NCBI GenBank assembly: GCA_965285935.1
Contig: OZ260662.1
Coordinates: forward strand, 89,032,001 to 89,096,000
Reading direction: 5' to 3'
DNA from: Ophelia neglecta
Taxonomy: Eukaryota
DNA: 64,000 bases
The notes below the pieces were generated by a model, which had not been told where the DNA came from, ran no database searches, and saw only the letters and a program-made list of their open reading frames with translations. Position numbers and translations under genes: made by a program. The stretch's first letter is position 1. The number at the start of each line of letters is the position of its first letter. This document shows, piece by piece, positions 13,089 through 27,033 of the stretch.

Positions 13089-14819
13089 AGCTGTGTGAAA
13101 AAAATCGGGACCACATCATGGTGTACGGCCTCAATGACATCTGAAATGACGGCTATTCGACGCCGTCGTTCACATATCTAAAACAATAATCAGCATTTAG
13201 CACATAGTCCTGCTATATGGCCTATGCCTTATGTCAACGTAAACGTAGTTCAGCTTAGCAAATGTACAAACCAATTTTGCTAGAGACTCGGGAATAAAAA
13301 GTGAGCAATATACCTGTTTTGTCACGTGTGTGAGCCATACAGCACTGACAACTCAAATATATCCACATAATATATTTCGTAATCCCACAATTCCAAACCA
13401 ATACCATCCCATGTCTCATTTGTTTACATTTCATATAAGCGGCCATTGGAAAGTTTAGCAGAGTAAAAATTAAAATAAACACTCGTTCGGACATTGGATT
13501 AATATAAGATTCTAGATATTAATATAACCATTGGAGAAAAACAATATAATTATTTAAACACATCTTCACCAGACTGATGTTTCAACATATGCACTTGAAA
13601 GTGCTTTCCCTCTCTGAACACTGTAGATTCCTTTTTTTAGCATGTACTATTTCAAAGGTGCAAAGTTATTCCTTTTCTTTAAGAAAAAACATCTTATTTC
13701 AATAGGTGCTCGGGAAGATAAAGTGAGCGGAGTAGTCACAATAAGGCGTGAGAAGCAATATTAATATATATCCACTTCTAGTCACGTAGTTCAAAGAGCA
13801 TTGCCCACATCATGAGTCAAAAGAAAATTGCAATTTCCATGTAACAGAAACATTTTTTGTGATATTTCTCAAGTCCATTATTTACCTCGCACTACTGACT
13901 GGTAGCGCTATACCGCCCGCACTACTATCAACCTCCTTTACACTTACTACTAATATCACCGACGTGGTCTTATACCTATAGTTTGGGTTATATAAGTATC
14001 ACATAAGTACTTCAAGACGTAATCATCGTATCATAAGAACAAACTGTCACTGTCAGGCCCAATCACAAACCCATAAATTCACATAACTAAGCCTACCAGG
14101 CCTATTAAAAGAAAGAAATATTGTTCGACAAGTATTTTAGTTCTCTTGTAACTTTTCGCGGTCATCGTAGGAGTATAGTGACTTAAGTAGTATAAACTAC
14201 CAGCTCTGCCCCATAAGATGGCCTTGTTCGAAAGAATGACCATGATAATATTGCAGCAGTATGAGGGAGGCAGTTATGTGACATGGCTAGCTACAACATG
14301 AAACAGTTTTCGGTGTGGTTTTCGTTGTAATTTAGCCCTTTAAGATGTTAACTATTAGATTTCTGATACGAACCCTGTTGTTAATATTGCAGCACCATAA
14401 TGCCTGGTTTTACCAACCCAGAAAGCCATACTGAAGACTGCATTCTGTAACTCATACAAGGCAGTCTATATAACGAAATGAACGCTTCACAAATAGACGC
14501 ATTACATTGAATAAGTATGTGACATTTTTGTTGCAGTTGTCGTGCATGCGTTACGTTATTTTGTATAATATTATGCGGTTAGGACAGCGATTTCGCACCT
14601 CATATTTATACAATTTTCTCTTTGAATGAGATTTGGAAAACTTCTTTACGGTAAACGGAAGTACAGGTACAAGACTGTTAAACAGCAGCAGACGACACAG
14701 ACTTATAATTGCCTTCTATAAATTCCATGTCGATACAAATACTTTAGTAGGCTGTGGCTATTATTCAATATCCGTGCCTATCATTTCTAAATTTGCATAC
14801 TTCTTTCAACCCAAATCGT

Positions 14820-16107
14820 TTTAATTAGGGATAATATTTTCCTCATAGGGTGGTGAATGTTGTTAAGAAAAAGATATGTGTTGACTTTTTTCCGCAAATT
14901 TTGTATAAGCCTAATAATTTCCGATTATGTAAGTGGGTAGTAAAATGAAAAAGTTTAAACGTAATCCATCATTATAGTGTATTTGGAACTCCGAACTGCA
15001 TGAACTCTTGTCTATTAATACATGTAATAAGTGTTTTCCCAATGGGGGATTTTCTCCTTTCTCCTTCACCCTCGCTGTATAAGACTCTGTGTCACGTGAG
15101 TCGTCATCCGCCTTCGTAAGGTAGTCCGCATCTTTCGCATAATCTGTGCGAATTGAAACAATAATAAAAATACTCAGATCACAAATTATCAATATATTTA
15201 TTTAGTATGTACTGTTTAATTAAGTTATTTCATATACATATACAGTGTATATAAATGTAGCATACATTATATTATAAACACAGTTTATGCGCGATAAGTG
15301 GATATACACAGGTTATATACATGTATGTATGTAGAACATATAGTGATGATTTGTGATCATTTAATTTGTTTGAAATTCCAGCGCCTGTGCCTTTAAGAGT
15401 GCCTTTTAATTATATTTAACCCCATGCCATAGTGACCCAGTTAGCCTCGAGACGGGCGATGTGATTCACATACAAATTAATGCTATAAACATACCGGTGC
15501 AAGATGGGCATCGTACCAAAGTTAGTTTTTTTTTTTTAATTTGGAATTAAATTCTTTTAATTTTTTGGGTGCAAGAATTAGTTTTTTTCTAAGTAGAGAG
15601 TTCATAATTATGGGCAAATTGAGATAGTTGATAAAAAAAGTGCAGTCTTCGTTATCATTTCTTATACTGAAATCTATGGTTTTCTCCTTTACGGCATTTT
15701 CTCAAAACTTTGCCCAGACTGCTTGTTGATAAAATTTACTATCCTATTCATGCTTAGGTCTAGATGAAAGAAAAACAGTTACAACTAGTTTGACGGCCCT
15801 TTAAAGAACAAAAAGAATTAAGGTTTCATGAATTAGCAACAAGAACTTGCCTGGAGGAGTTTGCGGTGACTGCAGAGCAAACGATACAGCGGTAACGATA
15901 GTGCTTATGTACCCCGCGCCAATCGATATGTCAGAGCGAGGCCGAGGGCTATAAATAGCTACAAACACCAGCGACCGTAAACAAAGACATGTGCTCGCTG
16001 TGGCCGTGAACTCACATTAGCAGTGTAGCCAGCCAGGTCTCGGATCACAAACTAGCAGGGCGCCTGTTAACACGGCTATTCTTACTACCTACTGACAATA
16101 ACATTGG
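14820..16107 (-). pseudogene. Decayed GT31 gene, copy 6 (two exonic segments)
   Basis: Segment ~15850-16107 reads MLLSVGSKNSRVNRR....ETW..MSLFTVAG. The segment after acceptor cgcacag (~15143) reads DYAKDADYLTKADDDS (intact DxD motif), then LPTYIIGNY*AYTKFAEK (cf. PPYxxG.GYV.S..VA), then PYEENII in another frame. Confidence 0.65.
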
Positions 16108-17832
16108 CTTGGTTGGCGAGGTACCTCCTAATGATATTAAGCATACACATATTGCATAGTTTTTGCTGAGAAAATAGATCACATTGTCAAAGAGGTTGAC
16201 GTTAAATTGGTCAACTCCTTCAGTACGCCCAAGGCCTGCTCATGATGGTGGTATAGAAGTACCTTCTATATAACGTGTTTAATTGCCAAACCGTGAAGGG
16301 ATCCACGTGATAGCTTCATAGTCCCTGGACCCCAGACCAAAGGTAAACAATTTTTTCTATTCGGGATCACATCAACAATTAAGAATTCTAAAAGATCAAT
16401 CAAATTTTGTCTCTAAGGGGTACACCATTTGCAAATCGGGGGTTGGGGCGAGGTCGGTTGGACATTTCGAGAAAAAAAATTGGTCCCTCAGGTTCAGGCA
16501 TTCTCTCCTGTGCATTTTTGTGAAAAATGGCAGGTCTGAGGCCGCGCGAGAAAATTAATTGGCTGCTAAATATTCTTCCACCCCCCTCCGAAACTCCTAC
16601 AGGTGCGTCTCTACTGTATATGATACCACTACAGATTGCATAAAATTATATATATACATGTATATCTGTACATGGATTTGTAATAACATAGACTTATAAA
16701 ACAGATTTTAGTGGGTTTGTTTTTGTGAAAACAACGTTTTTCTTAATTTAAGCTTTAGCCTCAGAGTATCCTTGTCAGCAGTGGCAATTACTTCTGAAGT
16801 TATAGGTGGTTAGTAAGGGAATTTAGAAGTTAAGAACTATAATATCACGGTCAGCTGGTTAGCAGAGTACCTCGGAAGTGGGCTGATCAAAGTCAGTCTT
16901 GATCTGCCGTGTGTGTAGGCCTCCTTCACAGCCCAGTCCACCCTGACAAGCCTTATCTTGGTGTGATTCTGAGATTGTTCCAGGAATCAATGTTGTTTGA
17001 ACAAGGCACCACATAACAGTCACTGACCACGGACCTACTGTGGACACAGGGATACTTACTGCATGGTCTAGCCTACTCAAACATATGTACATTGTACCTT
17101 TATCCTGAACAACTATTAAGCCAGAGTTACTAAGACCTTTCATTAATAGTTTATGACCAGGTATTTCAGGCCATCAGGCCATGAACAAAACCATGAATAT
17201 ATAAGGAATATCAACATGTCACTAGAAAAACACGATGAGTAAAATGTGATCGATCAGTTTTTGAAACCCGCTTTGAAAATAGAGGCTTTAAATATGTTTA
17301 AATATTTATAGTCTCATTAAAGCCTTTCCTATTGTATTCCCCGGTATAAAGTGGCCAGTTGAAGACTGCGTTTCCACTTTATTATTTTCAGACAGACAAT
17401 ACATTTTGTATTCTCCCTGTTTTTACCAATCAATATCCTTACCAATGACTGTAATGTGCTGTTTTCAAGACAACTATACTGGTCTCCCAGGAACCCTATC
17501 GACCACAACACAGAATGATTGGTTTCGCGCCAAGGCTAGCCACAGGCTAAACGCCAATTTCTGTACGTTTGGTATACATTGTATGGGAAAACGTTGTTTA
17601 TGTATTAATCATAAAACAATAAGATTGGTCATTTATCAAGCATTAGGTGAGATTACAATGGTGAGGTTCCACAAACTAGAGATAACCTGACATGTTCGGT
17701 GTATAGCGAACAGGTGCCAGTCTCCCGCGATTGGGCGATTGTACACCTTAATAATAGCTCTGTTGTGGTTTTATTGATAGTGTTGTTGATGTTGGGATAG
17801 TTCCAATCCTAAGCAGGTATTAATCAAGTTAG

Positions 17833-19110
17833 GTGTTCAGGAATATGCCTAGTCCCTGCAATGACTACATAATCACACTGAATGACAATATGAAGATGTT
17901 AGTTCGTTTAATGCAAGCACTTCACCCGGCGGTCATATCCGGGATCTTGCGGAGATCATGGGAAGTTGAAGTTGACTCTTGTCGTATTTCTACCGTCCTT
18001 CAGTCCGTCCTTTGTTCGAATCCCCAGACCACTGGCCTCAAACAAAAAGCGACAATTAACCTCTTTTCGAACCCCCTGTAGATCCAGTCAGCAGCATGTT
18101 TAATTCAAGTTGTCTAATAAATAACGAGCGAAGAATAATATAAATACCATAACGACATTGTCTTGACCTTTCAGTGACCCAGTGGACACTTGGCCCTGTC
18201 ACATTGTCTTCTTGTTATCTAGAACTATGGTCAATGGTGCTGCCAACTTTGACTGATATGATAATCAGTTGCAAAGAACCCTAACTTTCATTATAAATCG
18301 ACCTTAAGCCCCTTGAAGGTGACCCTCCTCTTCCTGGGTTGCCAGCTTTGACCAACTTTGGAACTTGATATAATGTCATACCGGAAGTGAATGATGACCT
18401 CAATGTGCCTTCCCTCGTATACCACACATCACTTCCTAAAATTTTAGGGAGCGTGACGTCATCATTGGGTTATTTGGTGTGCACATCCGCCAGATATAGT
18501 GCCTTTTTAAATGACAGGTTGTCTTTAATATATGGAACATGGAGACATTGAAAATACAAACTTGAATGTTTTGACATAAATGTATTGGAAATTTCGTATT
18601 TTGGAAGAAATACGTGCGCTAAAAAACGACAGTTACCAGATGATGTTTATCCGTATAGGAAATGTCTCAGTGTACATATACCGAGTACGCACGTGTGTAA
18701 GACGGACTACTTATTTCTTCATCCGCGACATTACCCAAGAGCCTCTAGGCCATATACCTAGGTAACAAATCAAGTGCCGTGTCTTTTTAAACGATATTAT
18801 ACCACTCGGTCCATGTCTTCCCTCGTCCCAAATCACACGTCCCGTCCTTAACCTGGATATTTTTTCCTGATTTATAGATACTCGCCTATCGTTAATTTTC
18901 CGACAAGTAGATACTTGTTGGGTGGACCTATTCATCGTCCCGTAGGGCCCTTGTGGCAATTTTTATGTTAGACCATGGCCACAATTGGGCATAACCTGTC
19001 AAAATTGTTTGGCAGTGGAGTACTTGTACTCGAACCAGCCAGTTTTGAAAAGAAGAATTTCATTATTGAAGACCTGCACTGACATGTCGGTAGAGTATAC
19101 CATATTTGAA
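17833..19110 (+). pseudogene. Decayed GT31 gene, copy 7
   Basis: KMLVRLMQA..GILRRSWE..ISTVL (ORF 17833-18081), TCVRRTTYFFIRD (ORF 18580-18765), NFIIEDLH* (~19056-19083; cf. FxxEDVY). Confidence 0.4.
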
Positions 19111-19639
19111 GAAAGCCGGGATATGACATTGTTGATGATATATATATATATGATTTAGTAAGCGTGCTCCGACTATCGTATTTCAACTCCATTCAAGGTT
19201 AACTGATCGCAATTTTATAGATTCCATTGTGAATATGAATTTTTGGTTGAAATCACAATATCATAAATTAACAAAAAAACATTGAGAAATAATGTTTATT
19301 TGAATTGATTTGTTTCAGCCCTAGTAATAAATATCATTTTGTTGAATACGACAAAATATATTTTTTAATGAATTTGAAGCATTGCGCAATGCTGGACTGG
19401 AAATCTTAGACAATTCACGCGTTTCCGGTATTTCCTGCATAGTTTTTTTTAACATCTATAGAATATAGGCCGATTGGGCGATTTGGATGATTTATTAAGA
19501 AGATTGGTATTATAATGAAACATGGAAAAATAGGTCCGATATCAGATTAAGCGGAAATGATTATAGCATTAAAGAAGCTCTGGAAATTTTACCTTAAAAA
19601 TCACCCAAAGAACACTAATTTCAGCAGAGCTTAATTTGT

Positions 19640-19806
19640 GATTTGAGACCACCCTAGGGACTGGAAAATACTGGCTTGAATATGGGGGTGGTCGGTTAAG
19701 GCAGGTAATTTTACGTTGACAATATGCAGTATGGCCTTCAAATAAGAGGTCTAAATAGCCAGGTAGTCTTAATTGCCAGGTGGTCTTTAATGCAGGTTAA
19801 ACTGTA
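19640..19806. mobile_element. Degenerate Tc1/mariner-type MITE (right end)
   Basis: Iterated gaccacc/caggtggtc/gcagg motifs ending ...caggttaaactgTA. A similar left end (TAcagt...gtcacctg repeats) lies at ~44730-44890. Confidence 0.45.
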
Positions 19807-21649
19807 ATATTGCTGTGCAACCACTTTCCGTCTAGATGATATCAACCTTGGTCTGACTTCGGCTTTGCTATTGCGCCTGGTCAATATATTACATAAGATT
19901 TCATTAGTTGCTAGCAAATCAATATGACACTAAAATTTTATAAGCGTCAATAAAATGTTGATAGAACGTGAACAGGGAGCAGCATTGAGGGGTACCTGGA
20001 AATTGTACAGAAACTGTGCCTGATTATCTGCATAATGACCAAATTTAGTTTTGTATTAAAAATGGTTATATTTGGGTGTGCCAATAGTATGTTTCGTTAA
20101 TTTATTTGCAGTGGAAATTTCGACATAAAACATGAGCTTTACAAAGTATTGGAAATCAGTCCCTCATTATTTGTTTCTGACAATGATTATTAAAATAATC
20201 ATTGGCTAATTGATTAGATAAGCAACTTCATCGAGTTGGTTTAAGCATTTCAATAAAATGTAGCTCAAGTATTCTAGATGTTGTACCTGTCTTTTATTAA
20301 TTGCCATGCAGGTAAGCTTTTTGTCAGATCTGAGAACACATTACATTTGTCGTTCTTATCGGCAAATTACCCGATCTTTACCTGTTCTTATCGTTCCGAG
20401 AAATAGGTCAGCTTTCTAGCTGACGTATGAATACACGCGGTGTATTGCTGTATACAGTTTTAATGAGTTAAGACCTTAGCAAAAGTACACCCGCACCGTA
20501 TGTAAAACCGACTCGAAATCTAAAGTTCAACACTTAAGACCCGGACTGACAAACATGTTATTTGAACATGCTTCAAAGCCTTTATAGAGGCAATGTAGTT
20601 CATCTGCTCTTAGCGGAGTGCAGTAGCACCGAGGAGCAGAGCAGTGATCCGCCCGGCGTCAGTGCAAGAGTACATGGTAAGGGGAGACAGAGCTCTGATC
20701 TCACTATTAAACTACAGCCGCATGCTTGATACTCGTGTCTGACTGTACCATCTATATATCTGCATGGCTAAGAGGATATTTTAATAAAGCTGACATGTTT
20801 TAGCAGAGGAATTGAGACTTTAGTGTTTACGTAAGCGCAGTTAAGAGTGAACAAGGTCATATAAAATGCAGGAAGGGCTGATGATGTATTCCTTTTTTCC
20901 AATTTAATTGAACACAAATTATTTATTGCCCAATCATTTAATACGAAAATTGATTGGACCTTTTTGGACATCATTGTTTAAAAACTAAAATTTAAGCCCC
21001 CACCCCCCACCCCTTCCCCTTGTTGTAAGAATTTAAGTTCAATTGAGGTCACTGAGGATGTACATCGAATTGTAGAGGACAAAGAACATGGCGGTTAGCT
21101 CTGAATTATTAGGTATTATACCTCGTATACATACGCGTCATCATCATGTGACAGACGGTTTATTCAACACCTACTAATGCCAACCTACGCAGTCCACTTC
21201 AGCAGCTTCGCTTTACCCTCCCCCCGGACAGAAAAACCTGTGTGCGGATCTACATGTAATTAACAGTGACATTATGAAAAATAACGGTGGGTGACCATTC
21301 ACAACTTGTGTCCAAGTATTCGTATAGACGGATTTAAATGTAGTCAGTTTTTAAGCATGATTCTAGCGAATGCATGGTTTTTTTCACCTGGCTTATGGAA
21401 ATACAAAATGCCGAGCACGTTAAATTGTCGTGGTCATAAGTCATGCTTTTACTTTCGATCGCGGAATATACCCGCTTCTAACCGACACTTGTAGTGGGTG
21501 CTGTTGTAAACAACATCGATTTTTTGTGGTCATGCTCTGTTTATATCGAACATCCACGAGATGTTATCCATGCAAACTGCTTATTTCTTTTATGCAAAAA
21601 GGGCATGCAATACAAAGTTTAATACTTTAACTCGACGTTTCTTTAGAAC

Positions 21650-22960
21650 CCGGTGTTGTTTTATGCCTCACAAATATTTGCATTCATCAGTTTCAACTCG
21701 CTATGACCTATTCACTATATTTTGTTGGCGTCATGAGATATGCCTATACACCATGATGCAAGCCCAGTATTTCATTTCAAGTGATGGTACTATAGCTGTA
21801 TATGTATTCTATACAATCCTGTATGGGTTACCCGTGACCTGGGTGACAGCTGCCTATACTGTGATTCTTTTACTGACTGGCAAAAAGTGGACTGTCGCCA
21901 AAAAAAATGTATGCGGCTGGTTTGACATTTTGTGACAAGAATTGGCCAGCCCTCATACCATCGTAATTTGCCATAATCGCTTTGCCAAAATTGGTAGTTA
22001 ATTGCTTTAATACGGCAATTGAGCTGATTTTTAGAATTGTTATTGCCTTTCCAATATTTTGGTCAGTGCTTGATTCGTTTGATTCAATTAAAAAAGTAAT
22101 TCCATAGAAGTTTTGGTCCACATTTTTCAATTGATATAAATGAAATATACGGCATATTGCAAATATTGCAAGGACTGACTTTGGGTCGTATCTATATATA
22201 CCACGTATGTATATAACTTGCTCAAATATCTAAGAATTATTAGAATTTAAGTCGGTATAGACTTGAAAATGAAACTTCTTACGTCCGAGCGGGACCATTG
22301 TAATATATTTCAATATAAATCCAATATGAAAAGTATATAATATCAACAATACGTCGTCACATGTTTACACAAATTCAAATATTGTTAGCTGTGGCCTATT
22401 TCCAGTTTGGAGGTTATTTGAACATCACTTAAAAGTGTGTGCATAAAAATGTTTTATTACTTATTGCAATATGATCATTGTATAAACTTGTAGTCGCTAT
22501 TTGTATTTAATGGGTCTATTTCTATATTAGGCCTATGACATGCCGTTCTTGCGGAAAACATATCATCATATTTATTATTTAAATAAGTTGGGTTTTTTGA
22601 TAAAAAAAAATAACATTTACATGTAATGATGAGCGCATATGTATATATAGGTGCTGAGAGTCAAGGATACACTACAGTATCGACGTGTACGTGTGTCCTC
22701 CCATATTCGTTCATAATGCGCCGCTCAGCGTAATTTGGTGTGCTGATATATACGTATACGACAAATTACATGGTTATTTCCAGCTTTCATTACCGCGGTA
22801 CATATTTTACCACCAGTACAGTACGTTGTTACCCAGGCACTGCCTTGTCCCTCGACATATTTGTGATGTATTTGTTGCCCCATGGAATACTGGCCACGGT
22901 GTGCTTATGTCTTATTGCCAATAATAAGGCACTCAATACCAATATCACACTATATTTTAT
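21650..22960 (-). pseudogene. Decayed GT31 gene, copy 8 (signal anchor plus catalytic domain)
   Basis: Signal anchor YSVILVLSALLLAIR (~22910-22955) and FVVYVYISTPNYAERRIM (~22710-22766). After a gap: ITFLIES..DQNI..FGKAIMANYDG..PAAYIFFGDSPLF (ORF 21870-22130; cf. brainiac-type YxLFVDDD), then PIQD..AYLMT. Confidence 0.55.
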
Positions 22961-24257
22961 ACTATATATTGGGTTTAGGAAACTAGTCTAAAGACAGTAA
23001 AAAATCGTCCCAAAAGCCGTTTATTCACAAGGGCTATACTGCCCTTCGTTGTAAAGTTTAATGCTCTTCGCACAGTTTCACTCCGTTACCGCAGAGTGTA
23101 CGAGCGGTAAGTTGACTGGGTAATCTGCTACAAAGGGTATAGGGCTATACACAACGGTCACCAAAAGACCACCCAGAGCTCTCAGATCATGTCGATACGT
23201 CGATTTGATACGATATTTTGAGAGTGCAGCCCGCCGCTTCTAGCGTACGCATAATTATATTATTATTTTTATTGAAGAATCCCTGTTCACTAATACCATT
23301 AAGCCAATTCTGATGTGAGGACTGTTTGCGTTCTTTTGTTATTGGTTTCATCTTTTAGGCTTGGGCTCTGCATAATGTGGAAAAAGTTAAGTGGAACATC
23401 TTTGCATAAAATGATGTATATCCTACAGAAAAAATTCTTTCCCAATCCCCTAAGAAGAAAAAAAGTTGGTACAAACATGTTATCTAACATGCACACAGTT
23501 ATCTAACCGTGCGTCCCTTCTTTAATTATAATATAATTATTGGGACATGTATATGATTTGTGCCTGATTTTATCATAGACAATGTCTTTTATTTTATACC
23601 TTTTTCTTAAACGGAAACAAAAAGCTTGTGTCCTATTTCTTGTTCAATCCAATAATAATATGTGAGTAGTATAGTTATCATATTAACGTCATCAAATAAC
23701 AGAATGTAAGTAACTAAATGTCAGTATTGCCGTGCGAATTATATAATATTATACGAAGGAAAATTGCCAATATACTCGAATACAGGCCTAATAATGAATA
23801 GCACTTCTAGCTTGTATTGCAATTGGTGACTTTACGAGTATTCCAAATGATGGGCCCTCGCCGGCTTAATGCCTGTCGCATTTTCCAGGCCACAGGAGCA
23901 TATAATCGGATTCAGGTCAAGATTCATAAAGTAGGAGGACCTGGCTCCATTATCGCTAATCTCTGTCTCGTGACATGAGACCGAAATAAAGTAGACTTCA
24001 TTAGTTAGGCGGAAAGTTGAGTATAAGCAAAATTATCGATCTCCCCTATGGTCCTAGGGAGCGATTCGGTGTCCTAGATCTCCCCCAAAAGGTTTAGGGA
24101 GAGATTGAGTTTGTTCTTATACTGTTTCAGGACTATTTGCAAGAAATGTGATTTTTTTTACAATTACTTTTCAATCTAGGATTGTTTCAACTTGTTCCAT
24201 TTTATTGTCTGTTTTTTCAGAGCTTTTTGAACGTGATGTGTGGCCTCTAGCCTGAGA

Positions 24258-27033
24258 ATGCCGAGCGAATACAAGAAGGAGGGCGGCTGGGGTTGGGTCA
24301 TCGTGGCCGCCTCGTTCCTGATTCACGTCATTGTCGCTGGTGTCGCCTACAGCTGCGGAGTGTATCACGTGATCTTTTTGGAGTTCTACGGTTTAAGTCA
24401 CTTCAAGACGGCATGGGTAGGGGCGCTGCTGATGTCCATGACAGCCCTAGCGGGTAAGAAAACACACATAATACTACTACTTTGCAATACTAAAAGAAGT
24501 CTGGCGCGGACCTTGCATATATAGAACCTTTTTTTCTGTATGAAGGATACCCATCTTACCATTTATATGATTATTTTTCAGCTATTCCAGGCACGTTTAT
24601 TAGCTACCATGTTGGTTATCGGGCGACAGTGGTGTTAGGCGGGCTGATAGCGGCAGGGGGTCTAGCTATCTCAACAATATGTACACAACTCTGGCAAATA
24701 TACCTCTCCCTAGGACTGATGACAGGTAAAATATTTGGCAATATATAACCTGATAGTTATAAAAAATGCAATGTGTCGTGAGACTCAGGAGATGACTCTT
24801 TTGATGATTTTTCAAGGTAAATTTTCAAATCTACCAAAATGGACATAAAATGTATTTGTTTAAAGTAGGCTAAAGCATCATTTTTTTCTGAACATGATTG
24901 TAATTAATTCTTGAGTATCCAATCATTGTCAAGTGTTTATCACTGGATTTAAATGGAAAATACATGAAGGGGAAGGGCCTGTTGAAAACAGTGACGGCCC
25001 GAGGCCAAATCTAGGGTATCTGTTCCAACCTTGCCCTGTTCTTGAACCGCATTATTGTATACACAGCCTGGTAGACCTACCATGTTTTTACTGGCGATTA
25101 GATGCAGTTTACATGCCTAGATCGCATCCAGGTTGGAGAGGAGCTCGGAAAAATAATGTGCCTCCTCTATAATCAGGATGTCTCAATTATTGAATTACTG
25201 GAACTCCTATAATGCTGCCACTTACTACATTTTCGGATTTTCATAAGAAGCACCACATCCCCTCCCCCCCCCCCGCCTCCCCGGAGACCCTTTCAGCCAT
25301 GTCCACTTCCTGTTTATTCCATTGATTTTTTTAAACTCTATTAAAACCCTCACTCATCATTTGTTAACTGGCTCTGGGAGAATTTCAATCAAGTCTAGAT
25401 GGCTGAGGTCAGACCGTCATTGCATCCGGCGCAGTTAATATTGTCTAGTTATCTCCCGAATAACGACATCAAAGCCTGATTACAGTTGATGGATTTGAAA
25501 CCGAATTCCACAAATAAGTTAAATTCAATTAGGAACGGAAGTTATCCTTCTTCTCTTTTTCTGATTAATTGATAAATTGGACAAGTAATTTACCATGATA
25601 GACACAAACAAGTGTTGCCTCTCTCGGTTATATACCCAATATGTAGGACAATAGGAGCTCGTCGTACCATTAGCATTTTTTGTAAGTAAATCCCGTAAAT
25701 ATATCTTTTTCTTACAGGTATAGGCTTTGGCCTGGCGCTCACTCCTTCAATCCTCATACTTGACTATTATTTCTATGATCACCGCAATTTGGCCGCAAGT
25801 ATTGCTGTTTCCGGTTCTGGATTGGGAATCATGGCCTTTCCAGTGGCCGCGTTTCACTTGGAGGATCTGTTGGCCTGGAAGGGAATGGCACTTATATTCA
25901 GTGGTATCTGTCTCAATATTTGTGTGTGCGCAGCTATAATGCGCAAGGTTGACAGAAAAGAGGAATGTGGTCGCAGTAAACGGAAGGCACTGAAAATTTT
26001 CGAGCCTTCAATCTTGAAGAGCCCCGCGTTCCAAGCCTTAATGTGGAGTAATTTTTTCTGGTGTGTTGGAGCGTCAATTGTGTTCGTGCATTTGTCCGAA
26101 TTTGCCTCAGCACGTGGTGTTACTAGCGAGGATGGGGCCATGCTGATTGGTGTCGTCGGCATTTCTTTGCTCGTCAACAGGGCGATATTCCAGTTATTTA
26201 GCCATTCCGCCAAATTGGACCATGTCAGCAATGTTTTATGCACCGTTTGCCTGACGGCCATTATGACCGGTCTGTTTCCGGAACTCTTCAACCACAAAGC
26301 CGGCATGATAGGATACGCCATGTTGTTTGGGATGCACATCGGCTATTGGACCACCTTTGTGCCGTATGTGGCACAGGAGACCATCGGAGAGGAGTACATT
26401 GCTTACGGACGGGGGTATCTGACACTGTCTATAGCACTAGGATTGGCAGGAGGACCTCCTCTCGCCGGATGGGTTTTAGACTACAAAGAGGACTTCGATA
26501 TTATCTTCTACCTCGCGGGTATGTTTATCAAAATACTTCAACCATCTGCAAACTGTCGCCAAATAATCTTCATAAAATGTAATTGTTACACAACTATTCA
26601 TTAAATTAACATGGTACTACTATATATTCTATTATCTTTGTTGGAGGAATGATTGTATGAGAACGATGAAACAGTCGAGAGATTGTTGACCTGCTTTCTC
26701 CAAAATCCCCGAAAACACATTGATAACTTGTATAATATAACTAGTATAATATTCAATAGTAGACTAGTTTGGTTATTTTTGGCCTCATATGGGCAAGATT
26801 GCTCCGGTACTAAGTAGTATAGGTAAGTTGGCTCCACTGTGCACGGAAACTCAATGGCTTTCTATGAATATTCCTTCTTAGGAGCTTGTCTCACAGCGGC
26901 GACGTGTATCTTGTTGATGGCAAACTTCAAGCGATGCCACTACCGGCCCGGCATCGACTTCAGCGATTGTGACTCCGTGAGCAGTGCCGGACGCTCAACA
27001 TTGCAGGGAGACGACGAAACACTGATTGTGTAA
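24258..27033 (+). CDS. SLC16/monocarboxylate-transporter-family MFS protein, 4 coding exons, 430 aa
   Basis: Exons 24258-24453, 24582-24725, 25718-26518, 26882-27033, all GT-AG and phase 1, total 1293 nt with an open frame. Has the EGGWGW N-terminal SLC16 motif, GYR loop motif, YF...R.LA.SIA.SGSG and GPPLAG. Confidence 0.93.

Noticed and set aside
15945-15960. TATAAATA as a promoter
   Set aside because: No downstream gene supports it, and it falls within the opposite-strand GT31 pseudo-exon.
16414-16613. Degenerate Harbinger-like MITE
   Set aside because: TIRs are too diverged and the TSD cannot be confirmed.
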